Below, piece by piece: positions 51,611 to 63,500 of a stretch of 64,000 bases of DNA. The stretch lies in assembly GCA_036172245.1 (NCBI GenBank), contig JAYWIR010000027.1, positions 2,232,001-2,296,000 of the forward strand, written 5' to 3'. Source of the stretch: Raillietiella orientalis (taxonomy: Eukaryota). A program made the position numbers and the translations under genes. The notes under the pieces were generated by a model. It was not told where the DNA came from and did not search any database. It saw only the letters and a list, made by a program, of their open reading frames with translations. Position 1 is the stretch's first letter. Every line of letters starts with the position of its first letter.

Positions 51611-52982
51611 CGTTCCACTCCGCATGTCGGTGCAGACAAGTCTTCCACGAAAACGACCATTGCGAAATGGACCATTTTATTTGGATCAGACCGACCCCCC
51701 ATTGCTGTTTTGGAGATTCCTACCGAACGTGAGTCTGCTCGCAGAAGAGAAGAAATGCAGCACGGAAATCTCGTAAAAGTAGGAGGCAAGATCTATTATC
51801 AGGCTATTCTGATCAATGATCAATAATCAGTTCGAAAAAAGTTGACATTTTGTGTAATTAATTTTATTGGCATGTGCGTTACTGGAAATTTAGATTATTT
51901 GCTAGATACATTAAATATCTTCCATCAGGCTACTAGCAGGAGGAAGCAAAGGACCCGAACGGGATTTACGAATTCAAGAGCAGACGATCTCTTTTCCCTA
52001 GTGAAGGAAGAAGTTCCTCTGCCAGGAGCTATTGTCCCCGTGGTCCAGAAAACAGCTCCTTTGGACTCTTGGGAACGCCGCGGTGCCTGCAGCAAAGCCA
52101 AACGGACAGCGTCTTCCAGGGAAAACCTCTTCGTACCCAAGTTCGCCAGTCGTTCGGGATGTGCGGGCACTTGAGCGCACGAATGCGAACTCATCATTGA
52201 TAACAGGGACACACGAACTACCTCAGATTTAATCAGCACCCCAGCCCAAGTGGCAATGCTGTTTGCTGTTCAAAAATTACGACGGTCGATAAGAGCGTAC
52301 CGATTAGAATTCGGCACCGGCACGACCATTCCTACCCCTTATCAGTGTACCATCTCGATCACCACATTGGTATATACACTTTCACAAGTTAGTTCATCGA
52401 GAGCACCCTACGAAGGCAGCACACGCTTTCCTTAGCAGCGCAATTTTTGATGGACAAATACCTCGTGGTCTCAAAACAAGAGCACCTCCTCCGACGGGGA
52501 TCTCGGGGCATCGCGCGCCGTTCTTGAAAATCTTCCAGAATTCCATCGAGCCAAGCTGGAAGTGTGCTCTCGAAGATTCTCTGTACTCGTATACGTGAAC
52601 TGCTGTACAGAAGTTAACCAGTGCACTTTTCTTGGGAACCGCGAAGGACGCCTGCTCGCGCGAAAATCCACGTGGCGGGAGTCTGTGCTCCGTGGAGCAT
52701 TGTTGCCAAGCCATTTGGGTTCTCACGCGGATGAGACGGTTTCATAAAATGGAATACTGCCCACTGAAACTATGTGGATCAGAATCGTGTGATAAAATGG
52801 ATTCCAAATGAGTGGTTTGGCTTATCAGCTTGACGATAACCCATCAACATTTTCTTCCTTTGCATTCAAGTTGATAACTAAATGAGCAATCCTTTGTGAG
52901 TTAAAAAGCATTTTAGCGTCGAAGGAATTTTTAATAGAGTGCTTTGCAACAATTATCGATAAATGTTGCGAAGAACTACTAT

Positions 52983-53723
52983 TGCCCGCGTCGGAGGCTT
53001 TATGGTTAAGGCTTCCGCGCGTGGCACCATGCGTCGCGGGTTCGAATACTCCGGCAGAAACTGACGCCACTGACGGTCGTTGAGTTATGGGTTTCTCCTG
53101 CAATGGAGCTGGTTGGCCTCATCATTCGAGCGTGGCACCGATGGTGGTTTAAGCCGGAGGCCCCCGATGACGGTCGGAGCAATGGGAGTCGACCTTCGGG
53201 TCCTTCCAGGAATCAAGGAGTGGGGAGTTCCTCCTCCTGTCGTGCAACGGAGAGCGGATCCCCCTCACCGGAGGATCCCTCTGGTTTCAAGATGGAGCAG
53301 GAGCCCTCACAGGCACCTCTTCAGTTGTTCAAAGGAGCGGAGCCTCCAAGTCTTCGCCTCTTCACAGAGTGCAAGGAAGCAAGCGAGAGCGATTCCCTGC
53401 GGGAAGCTACAACGCGCCTTCTGAGTTTCGGAAGCCTCCCTTCGGGGTTCTCTTCGGAGGAGGGAACAGGAGTGGTTCCCTTGCAGGTTTCCTCCGGAGA
53501 AGAAATTCCTACTAGCGGATCCTTTCCGGGTTCCATTCGGAGAAGTTGAAATGGAGGGGACAGTCTCTTCCCATTGGGGGGTGTCCCTCCGGAGAGAATG
53601 AGGAAGGAGATTCCCTTCGGGGTTCCCCTTCGGAGACAACCAGGGTGGGAGGTGCGATCCCCCCATTCGGGGGGATCCCTCCCCAAGCGTGAGAGGAACG
53701 GACTCCAAGCACTTCCTGGATTC
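52983..53723 (+). mobile_element. tRNA-headed SINE-like element, copy B
   Basis: Head TGCCCGCGTCGGAGGCTTTATGGTTAAGGCTTCC...GGGTTCGAATACTCC, then a ~650-bp body nearly identical to copy A over the first ~350 bp. Confidence 0.65.
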
Positions 53724-53951
53724 ATAGGACGGAACCCCGGGGTGCCCCCTATCCTGAAGACTATAAATAATATATCCATATGTCTTAGTAATACAATAGT
53801 AGTGCAATGATGATATCGATATATGATTAGTGTATATATTAATCACCATCGATTTATTGATTCCTCGGAGGGAGACCCTCTACTGCGTACCATGGAGCAG
53901 GTTGATACCCCTCTCGGGAGCTACCTCTCCAGAGTGTGAAGAAGAGCTCTG

Positions 53952-55479
53952 CTCCCTTCGGGGTTCTCTTCAGCGGGGTACCAAGGAGCAGTTCCCCTGC
54001 GGCTTCCCTCCAGAGAAGAATTCAGGAGAGGATCCCTGCCGGGTTCCTTTCGGAGAAGAGTGGCTCCCACCAGGGGACCCCTCCATAGAGAACAAGGAAA
54101 GCGTTCCCTTCGGAGACAACCAGGGCAAGGGTTCCCTTCACAGTTCTCCATCGCGCCGGGACGGCGGCGGCCTCCGCCTGCTGAAACGAGTGGACATCCA
54201 GGTGCCATGAAGAACGACAGCTATCGCAGCGAAGTACTGGAGCACCCCCTGAGGCGTTCCCTCGCGCCTCTTCCCCAGCCACCGTGTACCCAGTACGGAA
54301 AAACTCGTGCCGCCTACTCGGACGCATGGCTATCTTGGACAAGAGGAAAGGCTGGATGGCCTGCTGCCCCACCAACTCTAGCACCTGGATAGAGGAAACT
54401 GTTGACACGTGGGCGAGGATGAATGCACCCAGCTCAGAGGTGTGGAACAACAACCACGCCCGCTGCTCGCTGCGGAAGATTCTGGGGTATCCCAGCATGA
54501 GCGCGTGGGCGTAGCGGAACCACTTCGCTGCAACGACGCTCTTCCTGAGGAGGACGTTTGACAGCAGCCAACAGCCGAGGCGAGAAAATCTCCCGCAAGA
54601 TCACAGGTAGACAGAAGTTCACGAGTGGTTGGACCATGGGGTGGCTGTGGATGCCGCGAACCCGAGTGTTCTTCCGCGAGGACTGCAACGCTGGGGCGAG
54701 CTGCTCGGCATTCCTAGCGAATACCTGGAGTGACCCCCAGTGCTTAAGAACAGCAGCTCCCTCCCCACGAGGTGGAAAGTGTCGGCACTTCTGCTCTTTC
54801 ACTGGGGTCTTTACTGCAGCTCCCGCCGACATAATTGGACACTAGGGAGGACGAGCTCGGACTGTCGCAGGTGCGAGAAACGGGAATCCCTCCCACACCT
54901 GCTCGTGAACTGTGTTTCCTTCCAACCCTTATGGGAATATTTCGGAAGGACTCTCTGGATCCCGGTTGGCAAGGGATGTTTTACGGCTCCTCTTTGTGCG
55001 AGACGCCCCCAGCAGCGTTTTGTTGCATCCGCGGGACTGCGGTGGCCTGGAGCGAAGCCGACAGAGGGAGAGACGGGAGGAACGCCGCCTATTTCGATTT
55101 CTGCGGATAGCGACCAGATGACCCTACCTGGGAACTGTTCACACGGATCTAGCCTGGGCTCCCTCCACCGGACAGTGATGCCCACCTCGACCCTCCGCAA
55201 GATTTTTATTTATTTTTATTTACGCTTTTCTTTTTTATTTTTATTTTTGTTTTCTCTCTTCTCCCTCCGCTGCCGAGTTGACCCTCGCCAGTGTGCACAC
55301 CTGACATCCAGCAGATCCGTGGACAAACGGAGTGTGGTAGGACCACGTGTCCCACCGCAGTGCATGAAGTTATTTTACATTTTAGGGAACGCCCCGGCGT
55401 GTCCAGGTGATAATCGAAGTTCTCCACAAAGCGTGAGAGGAACGGACCCCGTCCTCCGGAGTCTTCCTGGATTCATAGG
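53952..55479 (+). mobile_element. Partial third copy of the SINE-like body, split by a LINE insertion
   Basis: Body sequence at 53952-54150 resumes at 55427-55479 (AGCGTGAGAGGAACGG..CTTCCTGGATTCATAGG) after the inserted LINE. Confidence 0.7.
54151..55417 (+). mobile_element. 5'-truncated L1/Tx1-like LINE with 9-bp TSD
   Basis: Zinc motif CRRCEKRESLPHLLVNC, homology to ~35320-35700 (minus), and the family 3' end. TSD AGTTCTCCA at 54142-54150 and 55418-55426. Confidence 0.85.
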
Positions 55480-55649
55480 GCGATTTCTCCGGAGTCAGCC
55501 CTCAACTTGAAGAGTTGTCACGCACCTACAGGTGGCGTGGACAGCGTCAAGGAGCTTCGTGAGCTCTCCCTAAGGAGGTGGGCGGTTCTTCGGCGCTTGG
55601 TAAACCAACAAAAAAAAAGGAAAAAAGAAAGTCCGGAAAAAAAAAAAAA

Positions 55650-56030
55650 CAAGACGGAGGAAGCGATGAGGGCTTTCCGCGGAACTTGGCAAGGACGTGA
55701 CGGCAGGACTCGATGGTGTGCCCGCCTCCCACTATCCGCGGTACCTGGCTGCCTACCTGCGTGTGTCCCACGATCTGACGCTCTGCATCCAAGAAGAACG
55801 GAGGTTCTCACAGAAGAATTCCACGGGAGCACGCTTGTGCAACGAAGGTCACCAAGCGGCGACCAATCCTCATCCTCAGCTCGGACACCAACGGGTTGGC
55901 GAAGATTTGGACCAACCGCTTGAGCACGACCATGTCAGCCATCATCTCTCCAGCTCAGACGTGCGCAGTGCGCTAAGACGCCGCATGTTTAACTACATAA
56001 CGTCTGCCCAGGTCACCGTCTGGTACAGAC
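55650..56030 (+). pseudogene. L1/Tx1-like RT N-terminal domains (0-2), frameshifted
   Basis: EEAMRAF..., TAGLDGVPASHY, and from 55851 TKRRPILILSSDTNGLAKIWTNRLSTTMSAIISPAQTCAV, matching the RPIxLLxxDxKILAKILxxRL..II..QT consensus. Confidence 0.8.
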
Positions 56031-56049
56031 GGTGCAACCCACGCAGGCT

Positions 56050-56953
56050 GCTGTGGGCATCCTTCACTTCTCTTGTCTTGGTTCTGCCCTCCCTAATGGA
56101 AGCAAAGGGCAGCGACCCCCCCGGCAAGGTGGGAAGTCTCCTGCCACATTGCAAGAAGGAAAAAACTGCCAAGTGCGTGGACAACTCGGCAGATCACGGA
56201 CGGATGCGACCCCGTGTGTTCCGTCACGCCTATGCGAGCTGCTCGGGATACCTCTGGTGGAGGTGAATTGGAGTCCAGCGTTCTGGAACAGTAGCTCCCT
56301 CCCCCTGAAATGGCAAGAGACGGCGTTGCTGTTGTTGCTTTGGGGAATTCCATGCAAAGCACGCCTCCTTCATTAAATGCGGGAGGAGGGTTGGGACAAA
56401 TGCGGGAAGAAGGAGACCCTCCCACACCCTCTGCTAGACTGTGTCGCCCTCCGACCTCTTTGGGATCTCCTCGCGACGTCCCTAGGAATCCCAGTGGGAG
56501 ACCCCAGGGACATTTTTCGACGCCTTTTCGTGCTTGCCACTCTTCTGCCAGTCGCGTTCCAAGCAGTTCTATACTGTGCGCGCGGGAATCATGGCATCCT
56601 GGAACGCGGGAAGAAGGGACCAGAATGGCAGGGACGCCATACACAGGATGGCGCTACCTAGGCAACATGAGGACAACACGTGTCAGCATCCTGGACAGGA
56701 TGCAGAGGACATCTTCCAGAGAAACGTAATTCCTTCCCTGGTCCCTCCTTCCCCCCCTCCTCGAACTTTTCCTTTCCTTTTTTTTTTTGTTATTTTGCAG
56801 TTTCACTTCCCTCTTCGTCGCTGGAGCGGACCTCGACGGTCTTTGCACCGGTGAACGGCGAGTTGGAGCCAAGTGTTTCACCACATGAACAACGTATAGT
56901 ACTTTTATTATTATTTTTGAATAATGAATGCCCCAGCAAAACCGGGTGAAAAA
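56050..56953 (+). mobile_element. 3' fragment of the L1/Tx1-like family inserted within another RT copy
   Basis: CKKEKTAKCVDNS, CAGCATCCTGGACAGGATGCAGAGGAC, a T-rich tract, GGACCTCGACGGTCT and the end CCCCAGCAAAACCGGGTGAAAAA. Confidence 0.75.
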
Positions 56954-56954
56954 C

Positions 56955-57700
56955 CTGACGCAAGCGGACAATATTCTCTTCTCCCTGAATGATGAAGAGG
57001 ATCAGCACGAGATCCTGGATGTCATGCAGTGGATGGAGAAAGCAATAAACTCAATTTCGATGCTCAAGATCAAAGTCACAACTGTTGTCCATCGGAATCT
57101 TGGATCCCTTCACGCTGACAAAGTAAGGATCCCTAATGGTGGACCAAACGAAGAACCTGGCAATCCACGTCGGCGATGTCTCGGCGTCGCAAACACCGCA
57201 AATGGAAATCTCGGGGAAGAACCAAGCCGGGGATCACTAATGGTGACTATTATCATTGGTCACTACTGCGAGTATTAACTTCCTTTCCGATCACCTGGAG
57301 GAACTTTTTATTAAATGGTCACCACCGAGAGGTGATATGCATTCTTTCCCATGGCTGCTGAGGTCGACTCCGCCACAGCAGACATCGACATGAAATCATC
57401 GGCGTCGAAGCAAAGGGAATCTGCTTGGCATCTCCTTGGAAGCAAAGCGAAATGGGGCGAGGGAAGCTGGCGTGGTGCTCATCCTGAGGGGGTTTGCACT
57501 CCCGGCAGGACTCACCTCTCTCTTCCCTTCGACCGGCCGTTGCAAGCGACGAGAGAGCCTTTTTCGCAGCGATTGTGGAACGGCAGGAACTGCCACAGCC
57601 CTCCAGCTCCTCCCAGAAAACCGGCCCCGAGGACCAGCCCGGGCACCTCGCTTCCCCATGAACGGAAAAGAGGATAGACATCCCATTCGACGACTCACGG
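56955..57700 (+). pseudogene. L1/Tx1-like RT domains 5-7 and thumb fragment
   Basis: QADNILFSLND..ILDVM..LKIK (YADD region) and SAWHLLGSKAKWGEG (IxWxxL..K..GG-like). Confidence 0.55.
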
Positions 57701-58064
57701 GAGAGCACAGGGAGGTGGGGAGCAACTGGGAACTGTCTGCCCCGCTCTGCAGGAAACTCCTCTCTCTGCCTGTCTCGTGAGGGAGGTACCTTGGAGAACT
57801 CAAACAGCCACCACCACCATCCACCATCCTGATCCGTTCTTCCCGACCGCCCTTGTAACCCGTCGCTAGCACCAGAGACGGCCACAAGGTGCTGCACGAA
57901 GCGCCGGAAACCGAGTTGCGGTGGACTAGTTGAAAGTCGCCAGTCCCTGCGACTTTTGCGACGAAGTGTCCACGCGCAGAGGAGAGTGGGAGAACAACAA
58001 GTGGTCCCTCCCCCGCGTGTGTGGACACTTTGGCATCCCCCCTTGCGATGGGAGCACCAGGTTC

Positions 58065-58840
58065 GAACCCGGTCACACCGGGGCACACTTCCTTGCAATT
58101 TGTTTTATTTTGAAAAAATAAAACAAATTGCAATGAAGAGGGGAGGAAGGGTATCTGCTCAAAAACAAGAACTGCCAACAAAAAAAAGAAGTCCTTCAGG
58201 CTAACCACCTGCTCGCAAGCCGGCTTCCAAAAAGTAGGAAACAGAGGAAGGAGAGGACAATAAATAAATAAAAAAACACGGGAGGGTGAAGACAGGAGTC
58301 TTTGGTTTGAGATGTTCCTTCCTCTTTAAAAGCGGCTGTGGACGGTCGCGATCTCCCTGGCAACTTTTGACAAAGGCCTTTCCAGGATGCCGGCAAGTTT
58401 CATCCGAGTGTGCCCCAGTGAGGCCACCTTGCTGCTGCTGCTACCCCCATGAGGGCTGCTGCCATACTGGTAGCCTCTCTTCGTCGCCAGCCTGACTCCA
58501 ATACGTGGCAAGCTGTCACTGTGGTGCGGATGCAACAGATTGTTGCGGTCACAGCGGCCTTCTTCAGTCCGCTTTCTGTGAAGAAGCGTCTCAGCAAGTC
58601 CAAAGCGGTATCTTGAGGTTGACGGAGCGCCTAGGCTGAGGTCTTTGCCAAATGTCCTCAAGGGCACTGCAGCCCAACAGGAGGTGCGGGAGCGATTCCA
58701 TCGTCCCGAAACTGGAACAGTTTGGGGAGGCAACTTCTCCGGAAACCAGATGTCTACGCTGAATGCACTGGAATCCCCAGTGTAGAAACAACAGAAAATC
58801 CCGTTTCCACCGGAGCGGGAACACGGAGGTGTACACAAAA
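58065..58840 (-). mobile_element. 3' fragment of the L1/Tx1-like family
   Basis: NCSSFGTMESLPHLLLGC, GAAACTTGCCGGCATCCTGGAAAGG, a T-rich tract, and AATAAA..GCCCCGGTGTGACCGGGT. Confidence 0.8.
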
Positions 58841-58849
58841 AGAGAAGGG

Positions 58850-59284
58850 ACTACGATTTCTTCGGGGGGTACACGGAGCAGTTTACGTGGATTGTGACGT
58901 CCTGGAGCTATGCGAGAAGAGACGACAGGGACGTCATCTGCTTTGCCCTGAGCTTACTGCGGACGGCAGCAAGATGACCCCACCTGGAGCACACTCAGAT
59001 GAAACTTGCCGGCATCCTGGAAAGGATATAGAGGACGCCCTCCAGCGGAATGTAATCCCTTCCTGTGCCTCCCTGATTTTCTTTTTTATTATTGATTTTT
59101 ATTTTACTTTTATTTTTGCTTTCCTCCCCCCACACCTCTACAGCCGATGCGAACCTCGCCGGTCTGTTTGCCGGCGAATTTCCGAACATTTTTCCGAACA
59201 TTTTCGGAAGATATAGGAACGGTGGCCTACACCTGAATGTTTATTATTTCTATAATAAACTTCCCGGCGTTACTGGATGTTAAA
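58850..59284 (+). mobile_element. 3' fragment of the L1/Tx1-like family, back-to-back with the previous copy
   Basis: GAAACTTGCCGGCATCCTGGAAAGGATATAGAGGAC, a T-rich tract, GAACCTCGCCGGTCTG, and AATAAAC-TTCCCGGCGTTACTGG. Confidence 0.8.
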
Positions 59285-60528
59285 CCAAGCAGTTCACTCC
59301 ACCGCAAGAGTCCTTTTTCCCGGAAACGAGGCACGGGAGAGCACGAGGTGGCGCTGTTTCTGCGCTGGGCCCTTCCGAACAGCCAGCATAGGCATCTCGT
59401 CTCCGGGGATCCACCGAAACCTTCTCACTGGTTAATTGAGGTGTGGGACGTTCTAATCGCGCCTGTCTCTGGACAGCGGCGTCCTCCAAGTGCTGTGGCG
59501 GCGGCCGTTCTTCAGCCGTTCCTGCGCGTGGCGGACACCGCTGAGGACCGGCAGAAGAGATCTCTTCGCGCGCGGTGGACTGTCGACCGGCGCCGCCACG
59601 ACAGCGGACATGTTTGGCTGCTGCGATGCGGCCTCGCCTGGAACAAGTCGCCGCGGAGATCTCCGGCAGCGTTCTGTGCCGGCACTGAAAAAGGAACAAG
59701 AGATTCGGGGTGCGTGTAGGAGAGAGGGTTAGGGGTAAAATTCTCTGACCCTCCCCCCACGCAGGATCGTGTTGAGCGCTCCTCCTGAACGTCACCGAGG
59801 AACTCTTAAGCCGGAAAGAAGGAGAGAGAAGGGACAAGGGAGGAGAAGGAGCAAAAAAACTGTGGAGTTTTGTGTCCGCACGCTGGCGCAGCTGTGGTGC
59901 GACTACGCCACCGGGCCGCACCCAGAAAGACGCTGTCGCCCCGCACGTGGGGTTCAGCTCCCTGGACCATCCAGTTCACGAGGAGTCGACCTCCCAGAGA
60001 AAGAAGAATGACCCCTGCCATCCCTCCCGCCTTCTTTCCTCCCGCTGAGTGCGGTCAACGGTCTTGGAAAGGGGAGATACCGCGCCCGTCCGGCCTCGCC
60101 TCCGAGAAGGGAGAACCCGCTGCTGGCACCGAACTGAGCCGGCGGTGGCGTCCGATGCCCGTGCGATCCGATTCTTCCCGACCCTCTTCCTTTTCTTCCC
60201 TCCACCTCCACCCCCTTTCGACGACGCAGGGGCAAGGCAATCCCTGAGGCCGTCAGGATCGGGAAAGATTCGGAAGGGTGGCACGACGGAGACGGCACCG
60301 GGTGGCGCTGCCCAATAACCTACTGCGCACGAGCGGCTTTCTGCCGCTTCGACTTTGCCCTCTGGGAGTGACACCCTCGCGCGCGCGCGCGGCGGGCGGC
60401 GCTCACTCGCACCGTCCCACCTAGTGCAACGGAGAGCACGTGCCAGAAGGACGCCTCTGGACCGCCGTCCATGCGCTGGTAGGAGAAATCCTGCGTGCAT
60501 GCCTCCTTTTTGAATCCAGGGGGAAGGG

Positions 60529-60583
60529 CGACGACGACGACGACGACGACGACAACGATGAGGAGGAAGAGGAGGAAGAAGAT
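60529..60583 (+). repeat. (GAC)n/(GAR)n trinucleotide tract
   Basis: (GAC)8-AAC-GAT-GAGGAGGAAGAGGAGGAAGAAGAT; would encode DDDDDDDDNDEEEEEEED if exonic. Confidence 0.8.
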
Positions 60584-63500
60584 GCTTCACGGTCTCAAAA
60601 GGTTTCCCGGAAGGACGAGGAAGAGGTGGGAGTATGAGCACACTGCCTAAGGGGGGAAGGGAGCTCCCGATGGCGACGGCGGTTGCTGGCGAGGATCCGG
60701 AAGGAATTCTCTCTGCAGCCGTGGGCGGAGTCGCCTGGCACGCTCTGCCTTTCCCACCCGACCTCCCGCGAGCGCGCGAACGACCAGTTCGCTCCATCTG
60801 CCCACCCCTTTTCCTCACCTTGGGGGAGTTCCTGGCACGCAAAACGTCGGTGCCACCGCCTCGCAGTCCTGCGTGTCCGTGGAGCCGAGGGAAACCCACG
60901 CTCCTGCTCCCTGACTCCCCCGGCCCCTCGTCTTTCCCTCCCATCCTCTCCTCGAAGAAGGAGGACGGGAGGAGCGAGCGGGCAGCACCAGCAGCCTCCC
61001 GGACGCACGTTGTATCTCGGGGTTTCCTGAGTATCTTTCGCGCTTCGGATGTGGCCTCAGAGACGGAGCTACGTGGGAAGAGGGGAAGAAAATCCCAGGA
61101 GGAGGGAAGGGGGGCACGACGGCGCTTCCTCACGTAAGGTCTCTCTTGCCTCCAGGACCACCAGGAAGGACTGCTAAATAGGGAATGAAGGTTCCGTGGG
61201 CGAGAAGGTAGCCACAGGTCAGTAAAGGCGAGTGAGTCCCGGGACGCGTCACTCCCGTCCGAAATCCACGGCGAGGCAGCTCATGGCAGCGTCTCTGGCT
61301 CAGGACGACAGAGTCGATAGAGGAAGAGAAGGAGGAAGAGAAAGCTGCTGCTGCTCTCTGCGCCTCTTTGCCAGTCTCATCCTCCTTTCTGAGCCGCTGC
61401 TTACCCGATGAATAAGCTCAAAGGATCAGGCTGATCTCGGAGGAGGAGTAGGAACTGCAGGGCAGGGCCTCCTCCTCTCACTCAAGGGATGCGCCCCCTG
61501 CCTACTCCACACTACTGGCTACTCACATGGCATTTCTTCATCTCCTCCTGGCGACCTCCTTCTCCCCCCCCCTCCCACCTACTCCTAGAAGATCGGCCCG
61601 CAAGCCACAGGCAGGGCACGAGGTGCGCGCGACCTGAATGCCCTCGGGAACGGTGCGTCTCAAGCACTCCCTTTCCGGCTCTCGGGAAAGGAGTGCTGCA
61701 GGTGAGCCACCCGTCGGGCATCGCCTCAGGCTCCATTTCCGTCTCCCCGCGGTTTCTTCGATAGGGTCAAGGGAGGGTGTGGAGGAACGATAGTTCCCCT
61801 CCCCCATATATTCGCATGGCGTGAAACCTCGCCTTCCGCGGCGCCTTGGCAACAGAGCCGTTCACGCACCAACCTCGTCGACGTGCGCGCGCTGAGGACG
61901 GAGCTCTGGCGCGCCTCTGCTGCCGCCGAGCCGTCTGCAGCATCGCGCTGCTGCCCGTGGACCGTTGCCTTGGCGCATGCGTTCCCTCCAGGCCGCCTGC
62001 TGTCCTCGGCGTGAGTGGCGTGGACGGCGGCGGCGATGGTGGCCGATGCTCGGCACCCTGCTTGATGGGATGCAAAAGGGGCCGGAGTAGGAGTAATGGG
62101 GGAAAGAAGGAAAGCCCACAGAAAAGAAAAGTTTTTCCTGCGCTTGATGCCCCAATGGCAGCCTCCGAACTCCCACGAGGTCATGCCCTCCCTCCTCTCT
62201 TTCTAGAAGCACTGGCGCGGTGGAGTGGCGGCCGCGCGCGAAGCGAGGTCGCGGAGGTGCTTGTAGCGCACCTTGCTGCCACCAGCAACTGGCTCTGATG
62301 CGGTGCTCCTGGCTCTCAGGACATTTTCCTCTGGCCACCTACTGGAGTCGTCCGCTTCCCGGAAAAGAGGAGCCGGGGCAGTCCTCCCGCCCCGCTTCGC
62401 TACCGTCTCATTGGCCAAAGCAAAGTGGGAAAGAAGACACTTTTCCGAGGAAACCGCAGGATGCGTGCAGCCCCGGAGCGCGGCTCTCCACCTGTCAGGA
62501 AGGGGTGGATGGGCGGCGATGGCCCCCATCAGACGGAGGTGAGGAAGCGGAGCGTCTTCTCGACCGGGAATGCGTAGCGGCTCCCTCGGCGCCTACGACC
62601 CGACCCTCCTCTGGGGACGTTCGTTACCCGACTCCTTTCGCCCCTGAGGATGCCCTGAGAGCCACGGGACCGATCTGTTCTCCTCCCCTTTCGGTTCCAG
62701 AAGATGCTGAACCGATGGTCCGGCAGGAGAAAATCCACCTCTTTCCGGGAGTCAAAAGGAGCTGAGGCCTTGAGCTTTTCCCGGTCCCTCACATGCGCCA
62801 TCCATCGGGCCGGGAGCGAAGGGACGATCTCGAGCTGGTTTGCACTCTGGCAGTTCAGATTTGCCGGGGATAGCTTCTCCTTCCTCTCGGAGGAGGGAGA
62901 TGACACCTCTTGCTGCTTCTCGACCACATCCTGTTTCGGTCCAGACCTGTTTCACCGTCCCGAGCTTCCTTCTCCATCCCCTCCCCCCCTATCCAGCTCC
63001 CAGGCTATGGAGCGACGACTGCCCAGCACTTCGACAGGTTCCCCTTCCAGTGCTCTTTGGGAGCGGAACTTAACGAGCTTCCTCCATGGCGACCGGCGGT
63101 GCAGCCTGCAGCGAAGTGCCCTAACGTGCTGGAGGGACTCTTACCACCACGAAGGCTGGAAGAGGCGAAGGAAGGAGCGTGCGAGCGGGGCAACTCCTTC
63201 TCTCATTCTCTCTCTCCTCCTCTCCCCGTCTGTCTCCGGAGGCGAGAAGGCGCTGGAGCGAACTCGTCGGGAAAGGTCGGGAGCGGAGGCCGGGAGAACC
63301 GCGGAGTAGGCGGCGGCTGCAGGCGCGCGCGCGCGCTCGCAGTCGCAGGGAAACGAAATGCCGAGGGAAGCACAGAGTCAGGTGGGTCCGCGATCGGCGG
63401 GAACAATCCGGGAGGAGGGAGCGCGCGCGCGGAGAATCCTATAGGAAAGGAGGAAGGAGGGTCGCACCCGTCCGCGAGATGGCAGAAAAAAGGGAAAACC

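Noticed and set aside
52983..55417. Single composite SINE with tRNA head and LINE-derived tail
   Set aside because: The LINE part has its own 9-bp TSD and the body sequence resumes after it, so it is a nested insertion.
58011..58083. tRNA-like sequence with GGTTCGAACCC
   Set aside because: The D and anticodon arms do not fold properly. The stem is explained by the terminal CCCGG/CCGGG hairpin of the minus-strand LINE copy.
62401..62450. P-loop-like LIGQSKVGKKT
   Set aside because: It has K instead of S/T after GK, no downstream GTPase motifs, and the frame closes soon after.
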